From Lama guanicoe (Eukaryota), in the NCBI GenBank assembly GCA_013239625.1, contig MU053513.1, positions 2,034,927-2,098,926 on the forward strand: a stretch of DNA of 64,000 nucleotides. The letters are read 5' to 3'. The notes beneath the pieces were generated by a model. It saw nothing but the letters and a program-made list of their open reading frames with translations. It was not told the DNA's origin and searched no databases. A program made the translations under genes and the position numbers. Of this stretch, positions 37,763 to 51,100 are shown piece after piece; within the stretch, counting starts at the first letter, position 1; every line of letters begins with the position of its first letter.

Positions 37763-39450
37763 AATTTGAAGCTATTCACATGGAGGTGATACGGGAGCCG
37801 TAGGGCAGCTGAGATTCTGCAAAGAGAGAGGATCAGAGAGAAGGGAGGGACAGAACCTGGGGACTGAATCACAGAGCAGAGGCCCCGGACGTGACTTGTC
37901 GGCCTGAGTGAGTCACCGAGATTTCACTTGCCGATGCAGGTTTTCTGTTTTCTCTTGAAAGAGAGGAGCCAGAGACACTGGCCTCTCCCCTAACGGCAGC
38001 AGTAGCCCGGGGCTGTGAAGTGGCCGCCTCCTGTAGGGAAGGTGGGGTTATTTCTAGTTTACCCCAGGCCCTCCAGTTCACATCACTCACCAGGGCTGTC
38101 ACATGCAGAGCTGGCTTACTTTCAGGCTGGAGCAGAACCAGATTTTCAGGGGTCTTGGGTGTGGAAGGGAGACGGGGGCGTGGGGGCTGTGGGCACTGGC
38201 TCCTCTGTTCACAAGCCCAGAGTTGCAGAAAGGAAGCAGTCCGCCCCTGGAAAGCTCCGCTGTGGCCGGGCCTTGTGCACCCCACCACGGGGACTTGGAG
38301 AGGATGAGGTCACCATTTACCGACCAGCACAGAAGCCAACACAGCTGCGTTACTACAGGACCAGGCCACCTTGGAGAAATGCCACTTGTGCCGGGAGTTC
38401 TAAAGAACGGGCAGCTTAAATCAGCTCCTCTGCTCCGCTGTGTTAGCAAACTGAGGGTGTCTTGCAGAGGCATTTGTTGTTAGAGGTCTAAATGAATGTT
38501 CTAAGTAACATATTAACTTAAAAAGTGCAGGTGTCACAGCATTTTCCACAGCAACACTACTCTTGTTTATATGATCTTACACGCATCTCAGTATTCCATC
38601 TTTTCCTGCAATGGGCCATCCTTTGGTAAATATCACTGGAAAATCAGGCGGGTGAGTTAACACCTGTCATCTGTGCGCTGTGGATCTGCCCAGAAAGACT
38701 ACCATTCTTCGAAGCTACTCTTAGTGGGCTTCAAATATGGCTGAAAAGTTTTGGTGTTTAGCATTTTTCTTTACAGCCCAGAATTTATGGTCTTTATTTA
38801 CTCAGGCCACACTGAGAAGAAAGGTCAGGACTGGGATGAGGATTTAAGAGTCATCTACTGATGACTTGAACTGATGGTTGAAACCATGAGGGACAATGAA
38901 TTGACCGAGGGAGAGGGTGGCAGAAGGGGCAAGGCTAGAACTCTGAGCGGGATATGGTTACCCTGCATGACTGTCCAACATTGAACTCCTAGACATAGGG
39001 AGAGACGGGGCAGAGTCACGACAGGGGCTGTGGGCAGGGACGGAAGCAGCTATCAGATCAAAGGGGAGGCTTTTTCCAGGTGGCACAGGAGAGACATGTA
39101 CGAGTTAGGGAGTCCTGGGGAAACAGTAACTTCTATTGTTGCACAAAGAATACATTAGGTCAGTGTTTAAAAATTATAATAACATAAATGCAATGCTCTA
39201 TTGTGACCACCTGCTAATTTGCTCATGCAGTAACTGGAAGAAAGGCAGTAACCATAAGGGCCAGATGTCAAGTTCTTCTTTTTTATGTTGTTTTGTACCT
39301 TAATTTTTAAGCCTGAAGGTATAAAGCTCTGAGGACAGCATTGTCCTTAAAACCTTACAGCAGTTTGCTGAGCTCCAACATGACTACAAAGCCCCAGACA
39401 CTTGGCAGGGGGTCAGGGTGTCCTGCAGCCCAAAGGACACAGTGACTTAC

Positions 39451-39541
39451 CCGCTGCAGCCTCTTTGTTTGGAAATAACTTGCTGTCAACTGCCATGCTG
39501 ATGTCATAGAATACCTCATCCTCGTCCCGGTCGGCATCAAA
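39451..39541 (-). CDS. AK5: Adenylate kinase 5 internal coding exon (about exon 7), C-terminal end of first AK domain: FDADRDEDEVFYDISMAVDSKLFPNKEAAA(G)
   Basis: 91 nt between a pyrimidine-rich ...ttccccCAG acceptor and a G|GTAAGT donor on the minus strand. The translation matches the AK5 peptide as I recall it. Ends in phase 1, compatible with the next exon. Confidence 0.97.
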
Positions 39542-40036
39542 CTGGGGGAAATCAGGACAGACAAGTTGAAAGCATGACAATACAGAAATAAGAATATCCC
39601 AAAATATAACAAGCATGCAGCACACAACTGTATGTCTAATGAAGCAGGACGGCAGGGGTTAAAGCTCTTGAGTATTTAATCAGACACTTAGAGGGTTTTT
39701 CCAGCCCAGACATCGTAGCAAATAGGTTATTAGGGAGTGAAACGTACAGTCTCTTATGGGTAAGAAAATGTGTAGAATTTCTTAGTTTCTAAAGCGAGCT
39801 TTGGAAAAAACCATAACTAAAATTTACCTTGTGCCTTTCTGGCCCTTAGTTTTGTTTTGAAATATATCTCCCCACCCCTACCCAATGAAAATACATAGCT
39901 CTAAACAACAATGGGAAAGGTTTCCTAATTTGCTGTTAAAAAAATAAAAAAGAGAGGACCCTTAAACCAAATTTTAAATACCATACTAACACTTAAGATG
40001 CTGTATCACACAGGTACCTTACAGACTCCATAGCTG

Positions 40037-40171
40037 ATTTATTATTTATTTATTTTGGAGAGGAGGTAATTAGGTTTATCCATTTATTCATTTTAATGGA
40101 GGGACTGAGGATTGAACCCAGGACCGTGGGCATGCTAAGCATGTGCTCTACCACTGAGCTATACCCTCCCC
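40037..40171 (-). mobile_element. tRNA-derived camelid-type SINE
   Basis: ggaggtaattaggttt...gattgaacccaggacc..catgctaagcatgtgctctaccactgagctataccctcccc. Confidence 0.9.
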
Positions 40172-40339
40172 TCTAGATACTATAGATTTAGATGTAACAA
40201 AAAATTACATATTTCAAACTTTATTTTACCATTCTCTAAAATTTACAGAAATTTAAATACTAAAAAGTGTGGTTACATTTATAAATCTTCTGTTTTCCAA
40301 GTTGTTCGGTGGTTATTAGAAATACAATTTTACCTCTTT

Positions 40340-41740
40340 AGTTTTTACAAATAGCTTTACTGAGTTATAATCAATATACAATAAATTGCATACATTTAAA
40401 GTGCATAAAATGATACATTTTGACATTTGTATACACCCGTGAAGCAGCATAAAAATCAAAATAGTGAACATCACTGTCACCTCCAAAAGTTTCCTTGTGT
40501 CCCTTGGGTATCCCTTCCTCTTACTCCTGCCCCTACCCTGCAACCAGGTTATTCTTGATATGTTTTCTGTAACTGGAGATTACTTTTTGCATCTTCTAGG
40601 ATTTCATGCAAAAGGAATCTCACAGCATGCAATCTTTCTGTCTGGATTCTTTCATTCAGCACAATTATTTTGAGATTCATCAAGTTCATTCCTTTTCATT
40701 GCCGAGTAGTATTCCATTGTATAGTTACACTATTAATTCCTTCCTGGGTATCTTTCATCTCAGAGATTGTAGTTTTCATCTCTAGATGTTTGATTTGAGC
40801 CTTTAAAATATTCATATCTTTATTTAAGGCTTTGGACACTTGAAATACAATTATAATAACTTTTAATATCCCTTTCTACCAATTCTGACTTCTGGTGTCA
40901 GTTCCGAGTTGGCTATGATAGATTTTCCCTCATTATTATGGCACATATTTTCCTGTTTCTTTTCATGCCTGGAAAGTTTTTTACTGGATGCCAGGCATTG
41001 ACAATTTGACCCTGTTAGATGCTAGCTGTTTTTGTATTTCTATAAATATTCTGGAGTTTTGTTCCAGAATGCAGTTTAGTTATTTGGAAACAACTTGATC
41101 TTTTCAGGTCTTGTCTTTAAGATTGGTTGGCCTGGACCAGAGCAGGGTTTAGTTTAGGGTTAACTATTTGCCCCTGTTGAAGCAAGACTCTACCTAGTGC
41201 CTTGTGGATGAAGGAATTTTCCAGTCTGACTGGTAGAAAAGGGTGCTCTTCCAAGCCCGGTGTGAGCCCCAGCGACTGTTCCCACCAATCCTTTTGGGTG
41301 GTTTTTCCTCAGCTTCAGACAGTTTCCTCATATGCATGCCTTGAATAATTCTCTGCTGAATCCTGGAGGGGATCCCTCTGCAGGTCTCCAGAGTTCTCCC
41401 TCTGTGTATCCCTTGCATCTCTGATACGCTGTCCTCTGAACTCCGGTCACCTTGGTCTCTTGGGCTCCCAGCTCCATCTGCGCAATTCCTGGCGGCCACC
41501 AGTCTCCCCAAGGCCTCTTTTTCCCTACGCTGTAGCCTGGAAACTCTCCAGGAGTAAGCTGGGGCGACAGTAGGACTCACCGCATGTTTCCTTTCTCTCA
41601 GGGAATCACCTCATTGTCTGATGTCCAGTGTCTTGAAAAAACATTTTTTAATACATTTTTTCTGTTTTTTTAAAAAAAAATTTATTTGTTTCACATGGGA
41701 GGGAAAGTCCAATCTCTCTTATTCTATCTTGGCTTTTAAT
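40340..41740 (-). mobile_element. Old L1 fragments (3' end at about 40340-40735 adjoining a 5'/ORF1-type region to about 41740)
   Basis: agctttactgagttataat..aaattgcatacatttaaagtg; tgccgagtagtattccattgtat; then ctggatgccaggcattg, cagtttcctcatatgcatgc, gtagcctggaaactctc. Confidence 0.75.
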
Positions 41741-42399
41741 CGTAATTATCTTGAAGACACTTAAGAGGACTTGAGTGATTTATTTCTTTATATTTTCCTA
41801 CAGAAGTGCTTCATTATTTTTAGTGAGGGAAATTTAGGAACCGAAGTTAGAAATTTATCCCCTAGCCTCCCCTCACACAGCTAAAGCACACCCGTATGGA
41901 GCATCAAAGTGCCTTCACTCGGTCACGTCAGCCCATGGGAAAGGTGAGGCAGGCCGTCTTGTTTCTGTTACACAGGCAAGGAATCATCCACTCAGGGAAA
42001 CTGACTTTCTCCAGTCAAACAGCTAACAAGCAGGAGAACCAGGGTTTGAGCTCAGGATGACTGATGACTTCTGTCCTGCCAGGAGACATGATCATCACAG
42101 CCAGACAAGTACAGCCCTGCTGCTCAGGTAAGTGTTGACACAGTCTAAAAGCACAGGGAGGAAAGCAGGTGGTGTTTAGGGCAGATACAAGGAGACCACC
42201 GAGGCACAGTGGGCACCATCTTAATGCGCTGCTTCCCACCCCCACACACCACGGCTGGTTTTCTCCTTTCAAAGCATCTGTCAGCTATCATCAGCAAGGG
42301 GTAAGATCTATTGGGGGGGGGTGTTTTTATTTTTTTCTTGGACTCTAGAAGGATGGGTGGTAGCATGTCATTTTACACATAAAAGAGCATCCACTTATG

Positions 42400-43040
42400 T
42401 TTTAATCATCGTTTCCTAGAAAACAGAGCCAAAGGCAAAACTTCGAGGTTAACACTTTATGGGGGGCAGTGTGTGCGTGCGTGAGTGCATGCGTGTAACC
42501 CCAGGGCAGTAAGTTTGAAAGAAGAAGGAAGGAAAGCAAATGTAAGGTGGCATGTTACTGAGCTGGACCCCTGCTTCACAAGAAGACATGGCTCATCTCC
42601 AGAAAGGCTAAATGCAACCAGTATATCTCAGAGCAGTCTGAGAGGGGGAGGAAGGGAGAGGCATTTATATGGTGTCTTTTCAGTGTCCTGCTTTCCATTG
42701 GTCCAGGTTTTCCCTTTGTAGAGTTAAGTGCCCCCGCCTCTTGGCTGTGTTGCCTAGACCCTGGGGCGGCCCCTGGGAAGCCAGACCCCGTCCCAGGGAG
42801 CGGCACAGCATCTGGATCTAGAGGAGCTAGAAGGAGCCCACCCCTGTAGGTCTGGTCTGGTTGGGCCTGGGGGCCGTCTCTGCAGAGGCTCCCACCAGGG
42901 TGTGGACGATGAAGCCCGGCCCTCAACCCTGAAGAGGCTGGCGGGGGTCCTCAGCCACGCTGCAGGTCCGGGCAGCGGTGGGCAGCTCCCCATCCAACAA
43001 GCAACGGAGGCCCAGAGCACATGGGCCAGGTGAGTCAGGG
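42400..43040. mobile_element. Old MaLR-like LTR fragment(s)
   Basis: ttcctagaaaacagagccaaaggcaaa...gcatttatat...ttccattggtcc, resembling MLT1-family antisense sequence. Confidence 0.4.
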
Positions 43041-43926
43041 GAGGCTTGTAACCTGGGCTTGGGCTGCTTAAAACTCGGCTAGAGCTTGATTTAAATTTCT
43101 GCTCCCCCTGTAGCAGCTGTCTGACCTCGAACGACTTATTTCCACGTTCTTGGCATCTATGCAATGGGATTTTTGTGAGGACTAAAGAGAGGACTATTTT
43201 GTGAGGACTATTTAACACACCAGCACACAGCCTGGCATAACGGCAGTCCTTTGTTTCCCCTCCCTAAGCCTCTGGGAGTATATTCTATAGATCTTTGATT
43301 GCTTCTGTACTTTGGACATGTGTACACACACCACACCACACCACATTTTTTGTCAAACTAGGGGGATTGTGGAATAAAGAACACAAAAGAATTTGAGATT
43401 TTCTGGGAGATATTTTATCCTCCAGCTGATCTGAACAAGGATATGTTTAGTTCTGGCACAGACCAAAGCACAAAGCACAGGACAACAATGTCCTGGGTGG
43501 ACTCTTCAGTTGACCACTGCTAAGGGTTTGGATGATGAACAAGGAGCCACAAGGAAGGGAGACGACACCCACACAGCCAACTCAACTCAACTTCCGCAGT
43601 TCTGCTGCAGCCCATTTACTCCTGCATCAGGACCACAGGTCTTAACCTAGACTCCCTTTCATGTTCTGTCACATCCCACCTCCGCAGCTGCAGGACTAGC
43701 ATGGCACCCTTCTCTCCAGTCGTTTGGCAAATAGCGTGGCATATAGACCTTGAAGAGCATTCTGATGGAGGACTACCAGAGCAACTGCCACTTAGTGGAT
43801 ACAGATGTTTACAAAACGGTGCCATTCAATGTTGAAGAGGTTGTGTGTATGGTGAGTGGGGAACTGGCTTTTCAATCATCAAACATCATTTCACTTCCTA
43901 CTTGTTTTTGCACAAATCATACATGT

Positions 43927-44139
43927 CAATGGCTCTCAACTAGGAATAATTCTGCCCATCCCTCCCCCACCCTCCCCAGCACTTGGCAATGTTGGTAGAT
44001 ATTTTTGGTTGTCACACCTGGCAGAGGGGAGGTTACTGGCTGGGGATGCTGCTAAATGTCTTACAGTGCACAGGACAGCCCCTCAGAGCAAAGAATTATT
44101 CCAGCTAGAATGTCAGTGGTGCCAAAGTTGAGAAACCCT
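43927..44139 (+). mobile_element. MER20 hAT-Charlie DNA transposon
   Basis: caatggctctcaact...ttggcaatgttggtagatatttttggttgtcac...gggatgctgctaaatgtcttacagtgcacaggacagccc...gccaaagttgagaaaccct. Confidence 0.9.
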
Positions 44140-44242
44140 CATCCACACCAACATATTCTCAGTTTTTGGGTTTCTAAATAGTGTTTTGAAACCCAAGCAG
44201 CAGTGTAACAGTAACCGACCGACCGACTGACCTATCTACCTA

Positions 44243-44355
44243 CTTCTTTCTTCCTTTCTTTCCCTTCCTTCCTTCCTTCCTTTCTTTCTCCTTCTTTCTT
44301 TTTCTCCCTTCCTTCCTTTCTTTCTTTTTCTTTCTTTCTCTTTCTTTCTTTCTTT

Positions 44356-44421
<66 letters not shown>

Positions 44422-44580
44422 TTTCTTTCTTTCTTCCTTTCTTTCTTCCTTTCTTTCTTTCTTCTCTTCCTCTCTTTCTTTTTTCCATCTTTCTCTCTCT
44501 CTCTCTTTCTTTCTCTCCCCTCTCCTTCCCTCTCTCTCTCTCCCTCCTCTCTCCCTGGCCCCTCTCTCTGTCTCTTTCTG
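44243..44580. repeat. Compound polypyrimidine microsatellite (CTTC)n/(TTTC)n/(TC)n
   Basis: Directly visible; about 310 nt nearly free of purines on the plus strand. Confidence 0.98.
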
Positions 44581-46429
44581 GTTTTGAGCTGCAAGAACCT
44601 GTGCAGTTCACTTCAAAATACAAAGGAGAGCAGAAGTGATAATACCACAAGGGTAGCATCGGTATATGATGAGGAAGGTTCTGGGAATAGCAGTTTATTT
44701 GGATCTCATGGGTCAGATACATGCTTCAGCGGGCAGATGTAATTGTGAGCCATTAGACCAGATGATGCCTGAGATCGTTCCCAGCTCTGAAATTCTGTGG
44801 GCACTTTATCTTTTTGGTGATTGTTATTTAATGTCCAGCAATGTTAACAAAACTCCTTTCTTATTCTGAGGGAAAGAACTCACAGAGGACATGGTCTGCA
44901 TCATTTGTTTTATGTCATTTAATGTAAGAGGGCTGGGGAGGTCAATGGGAAATTTCCAAATGAGATGCTTACCAAATTCCCTAGTTCACTCACAACACAT
45001 GCTTTAATTTGAAAAACAAATGTTGTAACAGCTTTGAAAATCATACAAAATATATCTAGACTAGGAAAGGAAATTATAGTAGATTGAGCAGAATTAGGCA
45101 CCATCTGAGCAGAAAGCAACAACGATGGTTTGCAATTTTAATGGCAGAAATGAATTCTTGTTTTGCTTTCTTTCGGCTCTGACTTTCAAGCTGCCACAGG
45201 CTGCCCACATCTTCTCCACAGAGACAAGGTTTTCTGTGTTCTTCCTTCTGCTAGCGAGGGACGTTAGGTCTACAAAATATCCTAAATGGATTCAAAACAG
45301 AGACTAACAGGTCAACCTTCCCAGATTCCACCTTTCATTAAACTTGGGTCTATCTCCTATTTTTTCTTTTTTTCCTCTCTGCTTCATCATTTGAGAAGGA
45401 AATAAACTGGCTCTGTTACTAGCATTGTCTTAGTTTTATGTATCCCATAAGCATCGTTCTCTGAGCATCAAACCAGCTTCTTGAACGTTTTATTTGTCCC
45501 TGGTTTCCTGCAAGGGATTTCAGTTAAGCACATTCTCTTCCAATGGCTATTGGAGATCCCTCAACATGGAAACACTGGTCCTTCAAGTTTATCTTTTCAT
45601 ATGTCTAGAGACTTCTTTCTAAAGAATGGACTGATTGGTGTTCTCTTTAGGTTACTTTGCTTTTCTCCAACAAAAATTGGAGTTTGCATTAAGATTGTAA
45701 CAATGTAAAAAACTTGTGATAGCTGAAATGAAATCTGTAGTTATCAGCCATGGAGTAATGACAGTTTATATTATTCTGCTGAACTGTGTTTCTGGGGCTT
45801 CATAATTAACCACAACATTTGAAAGAGAAGCACCTAAGTGGATTTGGCTGGGGATGGAGTAGGACAATATTCTGTCTGGGAAAGCCAAACCAACCCCATG
45901 TTTTGATGTGCAGAATCCCTCTGGTACGACCCGGCTGAACTGAGATGTGTAGAACATATTTCTCAACAGAATGAAATAAGGGCAAAATGTGAATGAAAGC
46001 AGGTCTAAAACCAGATATGACTGGTATGTGAAGTGATCGGTACAAGGACACTAGAAAGTTGTGGATAACTTGAGTACAAGGCTCATCTTCTCTCAGCTTT
46101 TTGTACAGAATCTTAATTTTCCCTGGATCTTCAGATTATGGGCAACATCTGGAAAATGTTGTTGGGAAATAGTCGACACAGTAAAGATCTTCCAGTGAAA
46201 ATTGTTGCAATATTTATGAAATGCTTTATGAAAAAATTTCTTCCCAAACTTGAACCCTTAATGATGTAATCATGACTGACTTATCCTGCTACAGAGACCT
46301 GGAAACAAAGGCTACATCCGGAGAATTTTGATCACTCTCATTACACTAGCTCAGAGGACATTTTTAGAGTCTTCTTCAGCACTCAACAACAAGAGGGTGC
46401 TAAATAAAGCACCAGACACCTTCACTATT

Positions 46430-46640
46430 TTTTTTGAGCATCTATTATGTGCCATGCATTGTGAGAGGTTTTCTTTGTACACTTTATCATTCAGTCCCAA
46501 CAATATTATTAAAACGTTGTGTCACTCTCCCCAGATTGAAAAACTGAGCCTCAGAGATTAAATAACTTGTCCAAGGTCATGGAGGTGGTTGAGCCAGGAT
46601 CCAAATCCACATTCATCTACATCGAACTGCCAAGACTGTC
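46430..46640 (-). mobile_element. MIR SINE
   Basis: ttgagcatctattatgtgcca...aaaactgagcctcagagattaaataacttgtccaaggtca. Confidence 0.8.
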
Positions 46641-47804
46641 AGGATCAGGTCTCAGTTCCTTGAGAAGGTGGGGAAGCCTTAGATCTTAGCTGGGCTCTTG
46701 CAGAACAAATCAGGGCTCAAGTCCTAAAGGAGCACTCTCAGGACAGGCCTCTAGGAATCCTCTGAAGCCAAGCCAGATCCAGAGGCAATATACTCAAATA
46801 TTCTTGATCTTATTCTCCATTTGGAGGCCAGAGTAGGTGATTGTCTTTCTCTGTATGATTCTGTGTACCCTGCCAGATGGATGTGGCTGTTGGCAGGAGA
46901 CCCTCCCGGCAGGCCAGCCAGGAGCCCGGGAAGGAGCAAGGACAGGCAAAGTTGACCGGAAGAGGCAGATGGTTTCCCAGCTCCAAACAGAGCTCTCTCC
47001 TGGGGTCTCTGAGCTGAGAGCTGTCAGTTGCACAGGGAAGCCAGCTGCTGTGTCTCAGCCTCTCTGTCTGCTGCTGGCTCCAGCTGTACCTTCCCCAGTA
47101 GCCTTCTCAACTTCTCTCTGCAAATAACCCTGCCTGTTAGTTTAAGAGGACAGAAGGCACCTAGCATGGATTCTGTTTTTCTCCTCTCATTACCACCCAA
47201 CCCTTTTTCAGTAATCAAAGAAAGAGTAGGTCTACCCTCCTCCTGAGAGCCTCTCTGGGCTTGGAGGATAGATTTCTGATAGGGGTCCGTCTTGGTCTAG
47301 CACCTCCTGCAGAAGCCGCTTGGGTTCCACCCCAGCTAGCTCCTCATCCCCCAGCGCCTGAGGCACAGCTTTGGCTCCGCAGCTCCTCCCCAGTCCCACC
47401 CTGAGCTTCAGCTCTGCCTCTGACTGATAGGCAGCAGACCCTTTTCCCAGATCTCCTTGCTCTGGCTGTCCCCCCAAGGGATGGGGGAATCCAAAGCTAG
47501 ACCGCCCACGATGATAAGAGGGAAGAGGCTCGGCCTTAGGACACGCAGAAGGTTGCTGATGAAAGAGAAGAGCCAAAGCCTAAAGAATCCAAGTTGGTGG
47601 TGGAAACGGAGTCTGGAACAATTCTTGAGCTGAAGGGTATGCGGCTGCAGGTGCTGATTTTTCCTACTTTGCAGGCTCAGGTAGAGCCCTAGAGCTGACA
47701 TCCTCAGGCTGAGCAACGCCCAGATCAGAAACGGATATTAAGTGTCCAATATTTTGCTCACGAATCTGTTGGCATTTTGATAGGCCACTGTAATATTAAG
47801 GTAC

Positions 47805-48180
47805 TCCATGTGGCATCTTAATAAAAAGCCAAACTTCAGAAACAAGAGAGCAGAATGGTGGCTGCCAGGGGCTGAGGGGTGGGGAAATTGAGAGATGTCA
47901 GTCAAAGGGTACAGATTTCCAGAATAAGATGAACAAATTCTATGGATCCAATATTCAGCTCGGTGATTACGGCTAACAATACTGTATTGTATACTAGAAA
48001 ATTGCTAAGAGAGTAAACTGTAAATGTTCTAACCGCACACACACTGTAATATGTGAGGTGATGGGTATGTTAACTAACCTTATTGCGGGAATCACTTCTC
48101 AACATATATGTGTATCAAATCATCACAATGCAGCTTACACAATGTTATATGTCAACTGTATCTCAAACTGGAAAAAAAAA
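47805..48180 (+). mobile_element. L1 3' end fragment with A tail
   Basis: agagagcagaatggtggctgccaggggctga...actgtattgtatact.gaaaattgctaagagagtaaa...tatctcaaactggaaaaaaaaa. Confidence 0.88.
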
Positions 48181-51100
48181 GTAAAGTAAAATTAAGTTGC
48201 CGCGTATTAACTCATGTTAGATTTTCTGTAATCACAAAGGCACCAACAAGGACTAAAATAATTTGGAAAGATTTGATTAAAAACGGTCAAAGGAAGAAAA
48301 TGGAGGAGAACAGGCAAGATAAACTCACTGTAGACAAGAATCACATCCGTGGTTCCTGTGTCTTTCCCACGGCACCTAGCAGGGTGCAGAGCCCAGCAGT
48401 TAGACAGCAAGTAACTGTCAAACTGCATGAACCAGAACATTCAAGTAATTAAAATACCCTTCTCCCTTCCTGTTTTCTCTCTTTCCCCCGCTCTCCTCCC
48501 AGCATTCCAGCAATTTGAGACTTTCTAAAACTATAAAGCAGCGGCGTAAGGATGGAAATCTGTGCCAAGGAAGCTTCCAAACTGAAGAAACTGGTTAAGA
48601 GTCTCAGAAGTCAAATTTCACCGCCGTGTGACTTTGGGTGCCTTTCGTAATTACAGGCTCCCTTCCCTCCAGCGCTCGAGTGTCTCCTCCTGCGGGGCCC
48701 TAAGTGGTACCCTGAAAGCCTGAGAAAACTGCTCGCTGCCAAAGCGCCAGATGTGTGCCTAGGGGCTAATTTAGGAAGATCAGGCTCGTTCTACTTCTCT
48801 TACTGATTTTTTCCCTTTTCTTTTTTTCCCCCTTTAGTTGAGAGGCTTCTTATTTTTATTTAAAAAAAATTTCTCACCAGCAGTGTCGACTTTAACCACC
48901 ATGGCCAGGTATGGCCAGTCCACGATTACGTGGGCAATTCAGTGGAAATCAAGTGGAATCAAAGAGATTCGCTCAGAAAAACAAAGGGAAGTGCATCTTG
49001 CAATGTGAACACAGGACCTTACATTGAAACACATCACGTACAAGTAGAAAAAGAGTTAGGATTTTAAATCGAATTCCTTTTTAGTTAGTACACACTTTCT
49101 ATGTTACCAGTACTGAGAGATTGTCTCTCTCTTTACAAACTTCTTTAGGACAGCATTTAACACTTATGAAAACATATTTTACTGGAATAGCAATCATTTG
49201 GGATTATAAAATAGCTCTTAGAAAAATCATGCTACTGCTTCCCCTTGTTGTATGTATGACCTTGGAGAAATAATTTAATTCAGTCAAATATGGCAGTGTC
49301 TCTGCCCTCATGGAGTTTAAGGTCTATGTTGAGAAACTTGGTAAGTAAATCGTTAATAACAGTTTCGGGTGGGAAGGACCTTGAGGGGGTATACATGGGG
49401 TGCCCTGGGGGCTGGGGCTGTGCAGGTGGGCGGTGTGGGGTTGGGGCTGGTCAGAGAAGGCTTCTTGGAGAAGCTGACCCATGAGTCAAGTTCTGAGCAA
49501 GTGAAACTAAACTAAAAGAAGAAAGGAAAGGAAGGATATTTCTTTTAGTGCTAAGGAATGAAGGTGTGAAAGCCATACTTTCTTTGAAGAAAATGAAGAT
49601 GCCTTTGCCTTAAAATCTTGGGATTCACCTTCTGAGAAGAGACTGGGTGACGCACTTTCTTGCTTCCTGAAGTTATCTGATAACTTTCTTGGGGTGTTTT
49701 TGATCTGGTAGCTGCTTCCTCTACCAGACATCCCTGCACATGTGCATGTAGTAACTGTGTGCTGGGCTGTGTCCACAGGAAGGGGACAGTTGAGCGCATG
49801 GGCATAATAGTAGTTACTATTTACTGAGCACTGACGATCTGCCAGGCAATAGGTAGAGCACTCTGTCAGCCTCTCAGTTAACCCTCACAACGACCTGAGT
49901 GTCATTCTTCCAAGGGAATAGTTGGCTCAGAAACGTAATGCTTATTTAAGGTCAAACGGCTGGAGAACAGGGCTTCGGTATGAACTCAAGTCTGTCCTAG
50001 TACAACGCTTGTGCTCTTGAGAACTAAGCTATTTTAGCTTTGGGAAGAACAAATCCTGGGTTCTTAGTTACCCCACATTCATTTCTTTTTCCTCTCTATT
50101 TTTAGTTTTAAGGTCAGTTCCAAATTCAGAGCCTTTTAAACAACCGTCCTCATTTTTTCCCTTACGCACTTCGTGATTATGTTGTTTGTACCAAGTTCCC
50201 AAAAAACCAAACTGGTCTTTGTTTCAGAATAATTAACTTATTAACAAGTTGGCTATGAAAGGCTTGGTGGTAAAAAGTGATTAGAAACCAGAAACCGAAT
50301 GGAGGATTAGTTAACCACTTGATAGCCATTGGGTCTTTTAGATAAGTCACCTATTTTGTTCCAAGTTTTAGAAAAAATATAAATGAAGCAAGTAAAAGAA
50401 GATTATGAGAATGAAAATCAGATTTGTAATGATGGGATTTATATTTCGGCCCACAGACAGAGGAGGGAAATTAATATGCAAATCGATGTTAAAACTGTAT
50501 AAATTCTTCTGAAGCTACCTTTATGTGGCTTCAGCTGACTCAACTAAAAGGGTGATTACTCTTCATATTTCTCTGCTAAAATCATTAGACCTTTGACTAG
50601 AAGCAACATGTAGAGAAAGATTACTTGCCATCTGTAAATAATATTGACATTTTATTTTGTTGAATTTTGAAGTGGATCATCTAGAAATTCCACTGGCCAC
50701 ATACCACTCAACCAACTATGCACTCAGCCAATTTGATTCATGTGTAGCCCTGTTGGGTTGATTCTGTTGGCTAAGTGTGGCGCTGACGGGTCTTTCAGGC
50801 AGTTGCTGAGGTGGGTGGCTAGAGAGGATGAAGATGACTGAGAAAGAGGATCCAGATCCAGAATATGCCTCTAACTCATCCCATGGGAACTTGTCCATGT
50901 GTGTCCTGGCTTCGACTTCTCCATCATTTTTGTTTGAGGCTATTTTTTGTTTAATAATTCCTCTTCTCTTTTTCATTTTCACATATGATTGAGACCCTAG
51001 AAGAAATCCTTTCTAGCCTCCTGAAGATACCAGCAATGAAAGATTCTGTTCTATCAAAAGGTGACATCCCTCAAAGACAAAATGAGTATAGCCTCTGAAA

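Larger units (their letters stand above)
32610..39450 (-). other. AK5: AK5 intron (about intron 7), 6.8 kb, GT-AG
   Basis: Bounded by the donor of the 91-nt exon and the acceptor of the 77-nt exon. Confidence 0.93.

Noticed and set aside
39413..39625. 70-aa ORF as a stand-alone gene
   Set aside because: Only 39451-39541 is AK5 exon; the rest is intronic read-through.
44232..44722. K/E/R-rich ORFs of 120 and 160 aa
   Set aside because: Translation of the (GAAA)n microsatellite, which cannot contain stops.
45130..46400. Possible ancient coding remnant (old LINE or DNA transposase)
   Set aside because: Only vague resemblance; no diagnostic motif could be confirmed by eye.
46750..47720. Cluster of overlapping ORFs in a GC-rich stretch, possible processed pseudogene
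   Set aside because: No recognisable protein in any frame and no poly(A)/TSD; ORFs of this size are expected at this GC content. A BLASTX search would settle it.
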